From the NCBI RefSeq assembly GCF_006345805.1, contig NC_042999.1, forward strand, positions 114,638,001 through 114,702,000: DNA of 64,000 nt, read 5' to 3'. Shown piece by piece: positions 1 to 12,482 of the stretch. A model generated the notes under the pieces. The model was not told the origin of the DNA. It saw only the letters and a list, made by a program, of their open reading frames with translations, and searched no databases. The position numbers and the translations under genes are program-made. Source of the stretch: Octopus sinensis (taxonomy: Eukaryota). The first letter of the stretch is position 1, and the number at the start of each line of letters is the position of its first letter.

Positions 1-1420
1 GAGCAGGGAGTGAGTTATAGAGGATCGACATTCTGGGGAAGAAGCACTGTGCGTAGTGAAAGTGCGTTGTCTGGGGTTGGATGTAACAAGAGTAATGAGA
101 AGAGGAAAGGCGAGTGGCTCGGGAATGAAATAGTGTGAACATAGCCGTCTTCGAGGTACACAGGCCAATGTGGAAATGAGAGGAGACAGTGCAATGTAGA
201 GCAGAAGCTGGAGTGCATCGAAAGGTAAGCTTATGTGAATCAGCCTATTAGATAGAGCGCAATCTAGTAGGATGTGAGTGCCGTAGCAGCATCGTCCCAC
301 ATTTAAAAGCAATACTGTATTATGGGCATTAGCTGAACTTTGAGAAAGTCGATAATTGTTGAAGTATGAAGAGAAGGACCATATTAAATGCAGTCCTGAT
401 TATGATAACGATATGCTTTCGCCGTGAGAGATCCTTGGTGATAGTGAGGTCCAACCCAATATTTTGAGCGATTGTCTGAGCTCTCATGATACAGAAGATG
501 CAATGATGTTTCTTGATGTGAGTGGCATTTCTGTCTTCTTGCAGTTGAATGATATAAGATTGGCATATTCACATAGGAGGATACTTTCGGGGTCTCAGTT
601 TATAAGGTCAATGTAAATTTGCCGGCGTGTGACTTTTAGTTAGAGAGGAGATTATACATGGGTGGAGAAGCTTAAGAAGGAATAAAAGAGTAGCACTATC
701 TGCATGAGAGTGGACGTTATTAGATGGAAAGGGAAGCAGGTCTTTAATGAATAGGGAGATTGCAGTACAGAAAATCCTGCAGCTCGTTAGAGACCATAGA
801 ATGAGGAACAGAGTGTCGTCAACACGCGCCGCGATAGTGCATTTATATTGGAGGCCTGCGATCAATTCTTCCAGTTTGTTTAATTCAAATAGTCATAAAG
901 TCATAGTACCTGTTACTTATTCAGTTGTTGTGCACTACTGTAGGTGATGATAAAGTATTACGTTCATTGCTAGCTTGTGGAGAATTTGTCGATAAGTTAT
1001 TCTCATCTGTTGGATGGATCTATGTGATGGCCAAGACCTTTGTAAGGATTAACTCACTAACTTCTTTTGACTGGAAAAAGCTGTTATTTTTCCGTATCTG
1101 GTTTCTATGGGAAAAGAAGTTGTGTGATAGATACGAAGGAAAAGGCTGAAGATACACTTTTCTCTTTCACCTTCGTCGACATTTTCAAGTTTCATTTGGA
1201 AGAAGGTGAGAGTGGAAAATGACACAATATTATCCAACAAACTCGATGAAAGGCTTATAAAAATATCGAACATGGAACGAGCAAATGGGGAGCCAGGATT
1301 TGCGGGTTGCTCTGGTGGCAGTGGCATCATCAACAGCAGATGTTATGCTTTTTCTAAGGAGAAAGATTAAAGCGACCTCAATAGAAGTAAGCAAAGACGT
1401 AGTGATAGGACAGAGCATCC
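1..1420 (-). mobile_element. Decayed CR1/L2-type LINE (ORF2 reverse transcriptase and C-terminus)
   Basis: Minus-strand pieces: LFIKDLL...NNVHSHADSATL (degenerate LFINDL...HSYADD), SFNCKKT (FNxxKT), LGLTITKDLS, QLMPIIQYCF (RPxLEYC), CFFPRMSILYNSLPA (FFPRxxxxWNSLP). Many stops and frameshifts. Confidence 0.8.
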
Positions 1421-1690
1421 ACATTACTCCCCATTATTCCACATTACTCTAACCACCCTTGGTGGTCAGAATAATATTAGATCTGTGAGCTACTTTGATT
1501 AGCCCGTGATGGCTTGCTCCGAAATTGGGAAGATATCCTTATTTGTATGTTATTGTTATCTGTTACTCTTTCTTTGCACACATTTACCTAAACAACATCA
1601 CTAGATTTGCGTTTCGTCTTTTGAAATGTCTCCGGCATTTTTGAGCATTTAAGTCTAACAAAGAAATTCGTGTCATTATAAAAGTATTCA

Positions 1691-1707
1691 TCAGCAATCA
1701 TCATCAC

Positions 1708-1742
<35 letters not shown>

Positions 1743-1782
1743 CCATCATCACCATCACCATCATCATCATCATCATCATCAT

Positions 1783-1846
<64 letters not shown>

Positions 1847-1886
1847 TTCATCTTCATCATTATCATCATCATTATTATTATTATTA
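1691..1886. repeat. (CAT)n/(CAC) microsatellite grading into (ATT)n
   Basis: Seen directly; source of the poly-M and poly-D ORFs. Confidence 0.95.
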
Positions 1887-2168
1887 TGAGTGAAGGAGCA
1901 GTGCATACCATCAAAGTGGCACTGGGATAAAATATCCAAAGCCCAGTGTACCCATCTTGACTCCACCAGACATGCATCACAACCATATGTGCGCAACATG
2001 GTGATCTCATATCAAGATAAACAGTGCATAACCTTGCAGATGGAGCCCAGTTAGAATTTTCTTCAGGTTAAATAGCCAATCCTGTTCAAAAGGTCCCTGA
2101 ATAAGGGTTGTTTAAGGATGTTAAAATCAGAAGCCATGAGAGCCACTGCCTGGTACTGCATCAGGGCA
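1887..2168. mobile_element. Non-coding interspersed element embedded in (ATT)n
   Basis: About 280 bp of complex sequence with sharp ends (TGAGTGAAGG...CATCAGGGCA) and ATT repeats on both sides; no convincing ORF. Confidence 0.45.
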
Positions 2169-2199
2169 TTTATTAATATTATTGTTGTTGTTGTTGTTG

Positions 2200-2258
<59 letters not shown>

Positions 2259-2259
2259 G

Positions 2260-2455
2260 AGGCGGCAAGCTGGCAAAATTGTTGACGCGCCGGGTAAAAT
2301 GTTTAACGGTATTTCGTTGGGTGTAAATCCCGCCGAGATCATCTTTGCCATTTATTCTTCCAGGTCTCGATGAAATAAGTACCAGACGAGCACTGGGATC
2401 AAAGTAATCGACCCCCTGCCCCGAATTTACTGGCCTTATGCCAAAATTTGAAACC
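2260..2455 (+). mobile_element. tRNA-derived SINE family A
   Basis: Head GGCGGCAAGCTGGCAAAA, core CTTTGCCATTTATTCTTCCAGGTCTCGATGAAATAAGTACCAG and tail GGCCTTATGCCAAAATTTGAAACC align with copies at 10770, 37521 and 38001. Confidence 0.85.
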
Positions 2456-3478
2456 ATTATTATGATTACTTTAGATTCAGTGATTACATTTGTGGTCAGT
2501 ACTCCTTATTTTTGCTATTGATATTCGCATCTTTCGGTAGCTGTCGTTGCGGTTAAATATCAGGTGGCTATTCATTTTACTGTCGAGTTTGTTCGGTACA
2601 AAACAGTGAAGTGTGTCCATTAATGCCTAGCAGTAGCATTAGAACCAGCAGCAGCAGCAGCAGTAGTAGTAGTATTTAGATGCGATTGACATTATGAGAC
2701 GTGTGGCATTTACAAAGCGCTGTCGACATCTGTGTCATTGATCAACGGTGTTTTAGTATTTCTCTCCCCTGGGAGTATTTAAATGTGTCGTCTATTCGTT
2801 TCAATTGTCTCTTTTTCACCTTCTTTTTCTCATATATGATTCTTCTATCCATTTCAACTATTCATCCTCTCATTTCTCATCACTCACAGATGACTCTCTT
2901 CGTTTCATTATCTTCTCTTTCATCCCTCCTTCACAGATAATCATCAGTCTTTCTCTAATACTTTCTATCTCCAACACGACACTGTCTATTTCACTGTTCT
3001 TCCACATATCTCTGCTCTTTGAGATAAGTCTAGTTAAAAAGAAATCAATATTTCCTGAATACTGTAACAAAAACAAAGCAAAACTTTAAATCTGAACGTA
3101 TCCCTAACATTATTATATCACTTTCTTTTTCTTTTTGTCTACGAAATAATATTCCCCAGATAAAGTGATTTAGATTCTAAAATACATTTAGTCGATCAAA
3201 AAACATGAAAAAAAACAGATAAAAGCTAGCGTAAAGAATAATATGAGACTTCTAGATTCTTGTTTCAGATTCTTATTCGGCAAAGAAAGTTTTAATAATG
3301 TTTATTATAAATTCCAATCATTTTTCTTTTCAAAACTATGACTAAATAATATCTAACACATTTTGAATACGATTTCTTTTAAAGTAAAAAATAAAGACGA
3401 GAGAACGAATAAATGAGGCGAAAAATATCATTGGTTCTTGACGAAAAATAACTTTCGGGGGAGCGTTGAATAATTCTT

Positions 3479-3739
3479 TTTTGGAACAATGGATCTCGAA
3501 GCACTTAAAGCTATAAATAATAACATGTAAATATTGGCCTGAAAAACACTTTTCGATAGGAAAAATTAGAAGGCTGCCCGTAGGACACGAAGCTATATCT
3601 CCTGTAGATTTGATAAGCGTTCTAATATTGGACAATCACGAACAGTCTTCGAGTTTTACTATCCAAAAAGGTTGTACTGCCCCAAATTTTAATTCTTTCA
3701 TTTATAGCTGTGTGTGCTTCGAGACCCATTGTTCCAAAA
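3479..3739. repeat. 40-bp inverted repeat pair (probable MITE remnant)
   Basis: 3479-3518 TTTTGGAACAATGGATCTCGAAGCACTTAAAGCTATAAAT versus the reverse complement of 3700-3739, TTTTGGAACAATGGGTCTCGAAGCACACACAGCTATAAAT. Confidence 0.75.
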
Positions 3740-3744
3740 CTAAT

Positions 3745-3928
3745 TCCATCAATGGCTCTAATTTTGATACCGTTGACCCTAGAACTAATCAGGCACTTTG
3801 TTTTAACGACATCTTGGAGAGATGAAAGGTGAAGCTTCGGTGGAATTTAAACTCAAAATGTAAAGAACCAGAACAAACACCACAAGACATTTGGTCCGAT
3901 GCTCTAACGATTCTGTTAATCTATCACC
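3745..3928 (-). mobile_element. SINE family A, old copy
   Basis: GATGAAAGG...GGAATTTAAACTCAAAA...CTAACGATTCTG is the reverse complement of the family A head and core. Confidence 0.65.
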
Positions 3929-4619
3929 CTATAACAAAGGTCATATAGTTGTTTTGTTCCAGTTCAGCCCAGAATGAGCAAGACTATGATAAAAAACATT
4001 CTAGCGATAACCACCAAGTCCTACCACACTCAGATACAGTAGATTGAGGCCTGCATCGTTTAATGTGTTCTAACAATTATTTAAAAGGCAGTAAAATAAG
4101 ATCTGACTGTTTTTGACTGTTGTTTCTAGTAGAACAAGCAGCAACCGCTTAAAGACACATAGTGGCAGGTAAACAAGAGCTAGATTGGTATTTCATCCCA
4201 TATAAAATTCTTTGCCTAGTCTTGCGTCTTAATGGCATCCATATCTTAGACAAACAATCAAGGAAGGCAAAACTAAAGCTCGTGGAAACGAACAAACAAA
4301 CCGAAGATTCGCCTTACTCCAGTCACAGATGCGCTGCTCTATTTTAAGGAAATATTCCATAATACACAAACAAACATTTAAAAATAGTCTTAGATACACA
4401 AATTTACTGAAGTGTGTGTATAGATCGACCAATTCTTTTCAAAGTAATCACCACTAAAAAGAAGAAAAAAAAAATGTATACACTTACACAGACATACATG
4501 TGTGAATGCATGCATACATACATACGTACGTACATACATATGGTAAACAAAAACGTCCGTAAGAGAGTAATATGCTTACAAATAGAGATATGCCCGAAAA
4601 TTCCAATTTCTCTCTCATG

Positions 4620-4673
4620 TGTGTATGTGTACACACATATAAATATATGTATGTATGCATGTATGTATGTATG

Positions 4674-4705
<32 letters not shown>

Positions 4706-4796
4706 TGTATGTATGTATGTATGTTGTATGTCTCTGTGTGTGTCTCTTTCTCTCTTTCTTTCTCTTTCTTCCTCTTTCTCTCTGTATGTATACGTT

Positions 4797-4870
<74 letters not shown>

Positions 4871-4925
4871 GTATATATTATGTATGTATGTATGTATGTA
4901 TGTATGTATGTATGTATATGAATGT
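4620..4925. repeat. Compound (TATG)n/(TC)n/(TA)n microsatellite
   Basis: Seen directly; similar blocks at 5585-5900, 13840-13985, 15495-15655, 27515-27800 and 28790-29110. Confidence 0.95.
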
Positions 4926-5736
4926 GACTGCTTTCCTTTCTAAAGTATATACAGTGATGACACACCACTACAGTAGAGAAGAGAAGAAGAAGAATATTTA
5001 CAGTTAATTTTGAGATAGCTTCAAAATAAACAAATTCGCACTGCGTCCTTCCACGCCATACATAGACCAACGAGCGTAATTGGAAATATACGATTTTTCA
5101 CCGACTTAGCAAAGTAGATTTGATGGCGCATACTGTGTTAAAATATACGAACGGATTAATCTGTCTAAAGTATATTGTGTGCTTTAATGGGAATTCAATG
5201 CATCTTGGGAAAAAGATGATATTTTCATTTTATTAGGCTTACATTACAGATTTTAAAGAGCATCACTTTACGATGCTGTGTTAAGTTCGCTTATTAGCAA
5301 TCAGTTTTTATGCTGGTTGCTCTAGCTGTCAAATCAAGAAACAGGCAGGCGTGATCGTTATTCATAGAGAGAAAGCCGTTACTAACAAAGAGATGTCAGG
5401 AATACACAATTAGGACGATATACAAATTAAAACTAATCTCATTGGCTTCATGTGTGAATGAAATTAGTCTTTCGAGAGAACGCTATCTTTCCACAAACGC
5501 CTCCACCTTCTTCACCGCTTCCGCCTGCACCTCTCCCAGTCAGCACCTCTTGTTTGAAATGGTCTAAATATGTGCACAAATGAGTGTTTGTATGTATGTA
5601 TGTATGTATGTATGTATGTATGTATGTATGTATGTATGTATGTCTCTGTGTCTCTCTCTTTCTCTCTTTATGTATATGTTTATATATACATATATGTGTG
5701 TGTATATATATATATATATATGTATATGTATATGTA

Positions 5737-5828
<92 letters not shown>

Positions 5829-5951
5829 GTACATACGGGTGTACGCATAGTTATGTGTGTATTATAAATATATATGTATGTATATAGATGCATACATACA
5901 CTTATGCATGTGTGTATATAAATCGGGAGACAGACAGATAGACAAAGCGAC

Positions 5952-5996
<45 letters not shown>

Positions 5997-6999
5997 CAGA
6001 GCAGAAGATATAGAGGTAAACATCAATAGAATTAGTGTCAAATGAAAATGAAATAGCATCAGTTGGGAGAACATTAAACATAAAAACAATAGAGTTGTGT
6101 TAGGCAAGTTATTTATTTTATTCATTTTCTCCGATCGAAACCATGTTTTATAGTGATCAAAACTCTTAGTTCTTCATTGAAACACACACACACGTACAAC
6201 ACACGCACACACACATACGCACACACACACACATACGCACACACACGCACACACACATACACAAACACACGCACGCACACGCACTCAGCTTACTTGTCAA
6301 AGATTTCAGTTCAATGACTTTCTACCTCTTCCTACCCAGCATGCCTTGCACTCGCTCTACCTCACTAATTAACCGGCAGTTTTAACACATAATAACTTTT
6401 AATCATTCATTTTCAAAATAAATCAATGGGTAGATAAATATTTGTTTTCTTTACTTTGAAGCATTCACTTATTTCCTTTCATATTACTGTTGAGAAGATA
6501 GGGAAGGTAAAGGCGAAAAGCATCGTCAACGAACCGGTTTCGATTTGTAGAAGTATTCATTATATTCAATTTCTGTTGTTGGGAGTGTTCTTAAGAACGA
6601 TATAAATGGTTGACACGCTGCACATCAGTGTACAGAAAGGTTAGGAAGAGAAGAACGAGAGAGCAACATGCAAGACCTGTTAAAATTTGCGACTAAATTG
6701 TTTCATATGTCTCTGTACAATACCCTGATCTCGTTGTTCTGAGTTGTCCTTCATTCTCGTAGAGGTGAACTTGTGAAAAGGCTCATAGCTTACGGTTGTT
6801 TTGTTGTTGTATTATAACATATATTAATACTCTGCGATTGTCTTCATCGGTAGTCTAATTATGGCTAGGTCAATACTTAAAGGTTTCTAGTTTTAGGAAG
6901 ATTTATGGCATATATTACATAGTACGTCACAATAAATGTTCGAGTATTGTGTTTTCAACAAGTTTAACTATGGAACAATATCGAAGGCATAATCGGAAC

Positions 7000-7365
7000 C
7001 TTTGGCATGGAATCTAGCCGATTGGATTAAAAGTTTGCTGGCCTCATAGCTACAAGGTCCAGGATTCGATAACACTGCGTATTATCTCAGGTAAATGTCA
7101 TTTTCCGTAGTCTTGGATCTAGACATACTATGTAAGTGAAATTGGTTAGACGAAAACTGTATAGAAGTCTCTGTCTAATAGATTATACTTGTAATTCAAA
7201 AGGTACAATCTTGTTATACAGTGTCACGCTGATTCAGCCTAAGATTTACGATAAGGATATGTGTGTCTATGGAATGCTAACCACTGATACATAAATTCCG
7301 GGGCAGGTAATTCAATTGATCGAACAACTGAATCCTTATCGTCGAACGACGGAAATCCACTACTA
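7000..7365 (+). mobile_element. Old SINE family B-like copy with a divergent 3' part
   Basis: GGATTCGATAACACTGCG (box B-like) and GTAAGTGAAATTGGTTAGACGAAAACTGTATAGAAGTC resemble 21081-21230. Confidence 0.5.
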
Positions 7366-7540
7366 TTTACTCCACGACAAACTAAACCTAAACTTAAACC
7401 TTCTCCTACTAATATGGGCTTTGCTTTTACCTTTGCAAGTGATTAATGCTTTCCGGCTTTTTATACAAGTTACAATTTACGGAATCTCACTCAGCACGCT
7501 CGAATTTTTCCGCGCGATTCACATTTGACTATTTTGTAAT

Positions 7541-7724
7541 ATAGGCACATGGTTACAAATTTTCGAAGCGGTTCATGATTGGTACTTGATTTAATCGATC
7601 TCAGAAGGACGAAAAGTGAATTTTAACTCAGAGCATAACGGCAGGATTTTAACTCAGAGTGTATCGTTAAGAGCCAAAATAAATAATTTATCTGACGTTC
7701 TAACAATTCTGCCAATCGACTACC
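7541..7724 (-). mobile_element. SINE family A, old copy
   Basis: GGTACTTGATTTAATCGATCTCAGAAGGACGAAA and TCTAACAATTCTGCCAA match family A reversed. Confidence 0.6.
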
Positions 7725-7826
7725 CTAAATGAAACACAAATTACCTAAACCATAAATGTATTATACTCTTTTTTTTATAAGTCTAAGTCCATTCGCTACG
7801 GGAGACAAGGTTGGACAATTGTCATG

Positions 7827-7859
7827 CTGATGATGCGTATTGAAGCAGAAACATATCTT
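7827..7859 (+). ncRNA. Hammerhead-core-like motif (degenerate)
   Basis: CTGATGA-TGC(gtattgaa)GCA-GAAA-CATATCTT. Core and a 3-bp stem II are present; stem III is imperfect and stem I was not found. Confidence 0.3.
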
Positions 7860-7869
7860 TCGAATGTCT

Positions 7870-8070
7870 AGAGAAAAATGCTTTTCTTTTTCCTAAACGG
7901 CATGTAAGTTTCGAAGGCCTCTTGACTCTTGAGATAATTTCTCCTTCTAAAGAGGAGCTGGTATTAATTGTTATTTGGTAATTATGATGTATCCTCTTGA
8001 GACGGAGATAATTTTGATAAATCAAGAATACTGTATTTGATATAAGCTGTATTTGTCTATGTCGTTCATG
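7870..8070 (-). mobile_element. Possible Penelope-like GIY-YIG endonuclease remnant
   Basis: LKRIHHNYQIT...EIISRVKRPSKLTCRLGKRKAF loosely resembles PLE FKxRxxNHxxSF...WxIIxRAxPYxxxCxLCxxEK. Weak; adjacent to the hammerhead-like core. Confidence 0.3.
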
Positions 8071-8695
8071 TATGAGCCTCTAAATTCTTCGAGTTATTTC
8101 TTTTAGATCATTTTTGCTTAAATTAGATTATAACAAACTAGTTTTTGTAACTGTAATTAGCTTTTTATTGTTCACTACATTGAATATGTTAACATTTTCT
8201 TAACTCTTGTTTTCAGGCAGACAGTGTTTGTGAATTTTTTTACACTCGAGCAATTATGTTTTTATACACCAGCCAATAAGTCATCAGATATTTTAGGTCA
8301 ATGTTTCTTTCGTCATTACTTAGGAAAGTGTAAGACCTATTAATACTTAGTGAGGTCAAAGTTAAACCGAAATAAGCCTGGTTTATCGCCTATATATGGC
8401 CAGAAAATGAAAATGGCATTTGGTCAGTGACTAGTATTGTTTTTAACTTCTAATATTGTTTTACAGGATTATGTATAGTTACCCTTTTAATAACTATGTG
8501 TTGTTGCCTTTTTGATACTCACGGCATTAAATATATTTATAATAATTAAGTAATCGCCTACTTGGTTACTGGAGAATACTTAGAATAATTTGTATTGAAA
8601 AAAACATGGCAATGGCTAAACAGTCTTCACCCAGAGATTTTACACCAAACAGAAACAACGAAGAAATTATTTGATAAAGTGACAATTTAACACAT

Positions 8696-8772
<77 letters not shown>

Positions 8773-10709
8773 AGAGGAAAGAGTTGTTTCTCATCAAAAT
8801 ATAACGTTCACTCATAAGACAATCGACAACTGAGAAATAGTTTCAAATGTCCACAAATGCGTTGTTTGTTGAATCCTATCAACGTACATGAAATGCTAAC
8901 ACAATACAATAACACAATTATATTTTCGATTTTAAGTAATGTATTTACTACAACTACCATCATTTGTTTTTGTTTCATCTCAGGCTGGCATTTGGTGCGT
9001 AAGTTATGTAGTTCTGTGTTCGAATGTTCATCTATCGGCAATATCTACTAAATCTTTTATGAAAAGATTACTGGAACTTATCGTCTTCTAAATAGATATC
9101 TGTTGTTACGAAAAATTATTTAAATGTTTTCTTCTTTACAGAAGCGCTGGTCAGTGAATTAAATAAATTTAAACGTACATGGTCTTGTTTTACGCCCGTT
9201 TCAATTAATGTTGGTAGTAAAACATAAATCACAAACTATTTCAATTGTTTAATTAAATACCTTTAGCTAACATTAACCGGCATTTTAGAAGTTAGACTGG
9301 TTGCTCAGTTCTTAATGTGTAATACAGCTACTGTTGGTACTGCATCCGCGACTGAACTTCTTTCTAGCTAAATCTAACAATGACATTCTAGCATGTAGTA
9401 TGTGTTTTCCTCGGCTTCTCCTATCTTAATTACAACACTTTCAATGTATCTTAACTTACTACACATATGTCGTCTGCATATATCTTGTCTACATATGTTG
9501 TCTGTACTCGTAGGTAATAATGGAAACGGAATGGGTACTCAGGAGGACGGTACTCCTCCCTTTTCAGTTAACGAGAAGTCTTATATATTCCACCCCAACC
9601 CACCACCATCACCACCACCTTACATCCTATCTTTAGCCTCAGTGATCTTAGCGTACCTTAAAATCCATTTCGATCACTTCTCTTAAGTTGGCCTGATTGC
9701 CATGTCATGTTATTGCCGCCTAAGTTCTGTTCAAATTATTCCTGATTTTATTCAATAAAGGGGATTTGTTAGCGTTTACTTCTGTTGCGCATTCTGTTGT
9801 GCATTCTGTCGTGAAGCTGACGAGGAATGATCAGAAGAAACCCATTTCATTTTTAGTATTTTCAATGGCGGGAAATTTGCTAAAAGTTTCTAAAAATACA
9901 GTTAAAAATACAGTTAAACCTTGATTATTCGAACAAGAGAGGTGGAGTGTATTTTTCGGATAACTTATTTTTGAGAGAACTGATCCGATTAAATTTGTAG
10001 TTGCTGTTGTTGTTGGGTGAAGTTGTTTGCTGTATTCGTCGAGTGGGCTTTCTTCTGGTTCTCCTTTATTTTCGTGAATATCAAGTAGTTGGTACTACCA
10101 TATGTGTAATATCTAGGCCTTCTGCTTTCTACTATGACCTCCAATTGTGACTTATATGGCAATTAAATCGGGTCGACAAGTCTTTTCTTAGGTATCCCGT
10201 TTTACTTGAGTAAAGATCTCTTACTCCTCTCGGCCTAGTTTTCTTAATATCGAGCAAGATGTCCAGACTTTCTATGATCATCCACCAAACGTTTAATTCT
10301 TATGGCGCACCTGATATTTTTGCTGACCAAGGTATGTAATGTGTGTATGTGTGTAGCATCTCTACCCACCGGTTCTTAACGAAAAGACACACCGGTACAT
10401 AATAAATCTGTCAGTTCTTTCTGCTCATTGTAAAGGGACTACCAACTGAATTCTCCTACTCCATTTGTTGATGAGCTTCTCTGCTATACTCAGGTTTATG
10501 TGCATGTCTTTCGTCGAGGCTGGTTTATAGATATGCCAGTGTAGACATGGAGCAGCGATAAGGGATCTTATCCATGTAACAAGATAGAAATTTTATTCAG
10601 TCAGCGTATAATGCTAGTGTAAGATGAGCCCTGTTCATCATCATCATCATTATTATTATTATTATTACTATTATTACTATTATCATCATCATCATCATCA
10701 TCATTATTA

Positions 10710-10764
<55 letters not shown>

Positions 10765-10769
10765 GTAAA

Positions 10770-10974
10770 GGTGGCGAGCTGGCTGAACCGTTAACGCGCC
10801 GGAATGAAATGCTTAACGGTATTTCGCCCGTCTTTACGTTCTGAGTTCAAATTCTGCCGAAGTCGACTTTGCCTTTCGGGGTCGATAAATTAAGTATCAG
10901 TGAAACACTGCGGTCAATGTAATCGACTAGTCCCCTCCCACAAATTTCAGGCCTTGTACCTATATTCGAAAAGA
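10770..10974 (+). mobile_element. SINE family A, full length, in (ATT)n
   Basis: GGTGGCGAGCTGGCTGAACCG (box A), GAGTTCAAATTC (box B), core CTTTCGGGGTCGATAAATTAAGTATCAG and tail GGCCTTGTACCTATATTCGAAAAG. Confidence 0.9.
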
Positions 10975-10984
10975 TTATTATTAT

Positions 10985-11150
10985 ACGTTTGACTTTAGCT
11001 TCGTATTTTTACAAGTTGGCTCCTAGTCTCACTCAGAGATTTCAAGCGACAAGTTAGAAGTTCAAGTTGGTGTTATGGCTAGGGTGCCATAGTTTTGGTT
11101 TGCACAAAGTATTGTTCTAGAAAATGTCTGTCAAAACAAGAAAATTAGAA
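10985..11150 (-). mobile_element. Probable 3' UTR of a non-LTR element (R4/Dong-like) ending in (ATA)n
   Basis: Minus strand ends ...GAGTGAGACTAGGAGCCAACTTGTAAAAATACGAAGCTAAAGTCAAAACG then TATAATAATAAT. The family assignment is from memory only. Confidence 0.35.
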
Positions 11151-11819
11151 GTTTGCTTTAAAAGTAATTTGATTATAAGATGGTGATCTTAAGATGACAG
11201 TAAAAGGTATTTACTATCATGTACATTTAAAAGTACTTTTAACAGTTTGCAGATTAAAATCTGCAAACTGGGGATTATGTAGACTATATTTTTGGATTTT
11301 GGTTTTGGGGATTATACAAACTATAATTTTCGTATGATACGAGCACTTTTCATAAGCACTATTTTCTGAATTTCTTCCATTATTATTAATATAAAGAATT
11401 ACCATGAAGCTGTAAAATTTTAGTTTCGCAAACAGACGTCTACTAAATCCAAAAGGACAAGGTTTTAGATGAAAGAAAAAAAAACCAAGGAAGAGATTCT
11501 ACGCGATTTTCTGTTCGCACTAGGGTCGATTTAATCGACCAAGTACCCGACTTCTTCCAAAATTTCAGGCCTATAACAGAAAGACGTCGGGAAACACGGC
11601 TATCTCTGAAGGTTGATTTACATGCTTAAGAAAAGAAAATTATGATCTTTGCATAACTAAGGTCAATAGAGACCGTATTGGTCATTATTACCGACTTACC
11701 TGATACATAGAACAATCAGATAAGGTTAGCAACAACGGTAATAATAACAGTAGCTGCAGTATGTAGTAGTATGTATGTAGTATGTAGTGCTACGCACTAT
11801 GTACTATGTAGTACTATGT

Positions 11820-11849
11820 ACTATTTAGTAGTAGTAGTAGTAGTATAGT

Positions 11850-11890
<41 letters not shown>

Positions 11891-12061
11891 TTGTAGTAGT
11901 AGTAGTTGTAGTAGTAGTAGTAGTAGGTTTTGATACATTTGGTTTTTCAGACTAATTGATATGGAGTGATCAAAACTCGTCAGCTTCTAATAAACTGACA
12001 TAGTGCCTCTCTGCTTTTCTTCTTCTTCTTTCTTCTTCTTCTTCTTCTTCTTCTTCTTCTT

Positions 12062-12140
<79 letters not shown>
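11820..12140. repeat. (AGT)n/(AGC)n and (TTC)n-(TAC)n microsatellites
   Basis: Seen directly; source of the poly-F/poly-Y ORF. Confidence 0.95.
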
Positions 12141-12482
12141 AATAACCGCTGCTCTTTGAAGCTAACTACTTGCCTGCCACCTTCTTCAAGCCCACTGTTC
12201 CTCTCTTCCTCTTGCCACCCAACCTGTGTCCCTCCAACCCTTGACCCTATAAACATCATTAAACCACAAATATTCCCCCTGCTTATGAAAAGGATACACC
12301 GTCCTCTTTTTACATTTCTTTTTTGTCTCACAATCGATGGCTTGCAGATGATGAAACTGAACATCAACCACGTGTATTTCATCGGGTTATGGCTTCAGCT
12401 ACATATATAAGCGCAGTCATAAGAGTGTAATTAATAAGTTTGCTTCGCCAGCATGTGGTCCCAGATATGACGCCATTATGTA

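Noticed and set aside
9817-9855. CTGACGAGGAATGA as a hammerhead
   Set aside because: Only the 5' core and half of stem II are present, with no properly placed GAAA. Counted only as a half-core.
10010-10620. Dong/R4 N-terminal coding remnant (LRKDLS motif, minus strand)
   Set aside because: A single short motif with many stops is not enough to annotate.
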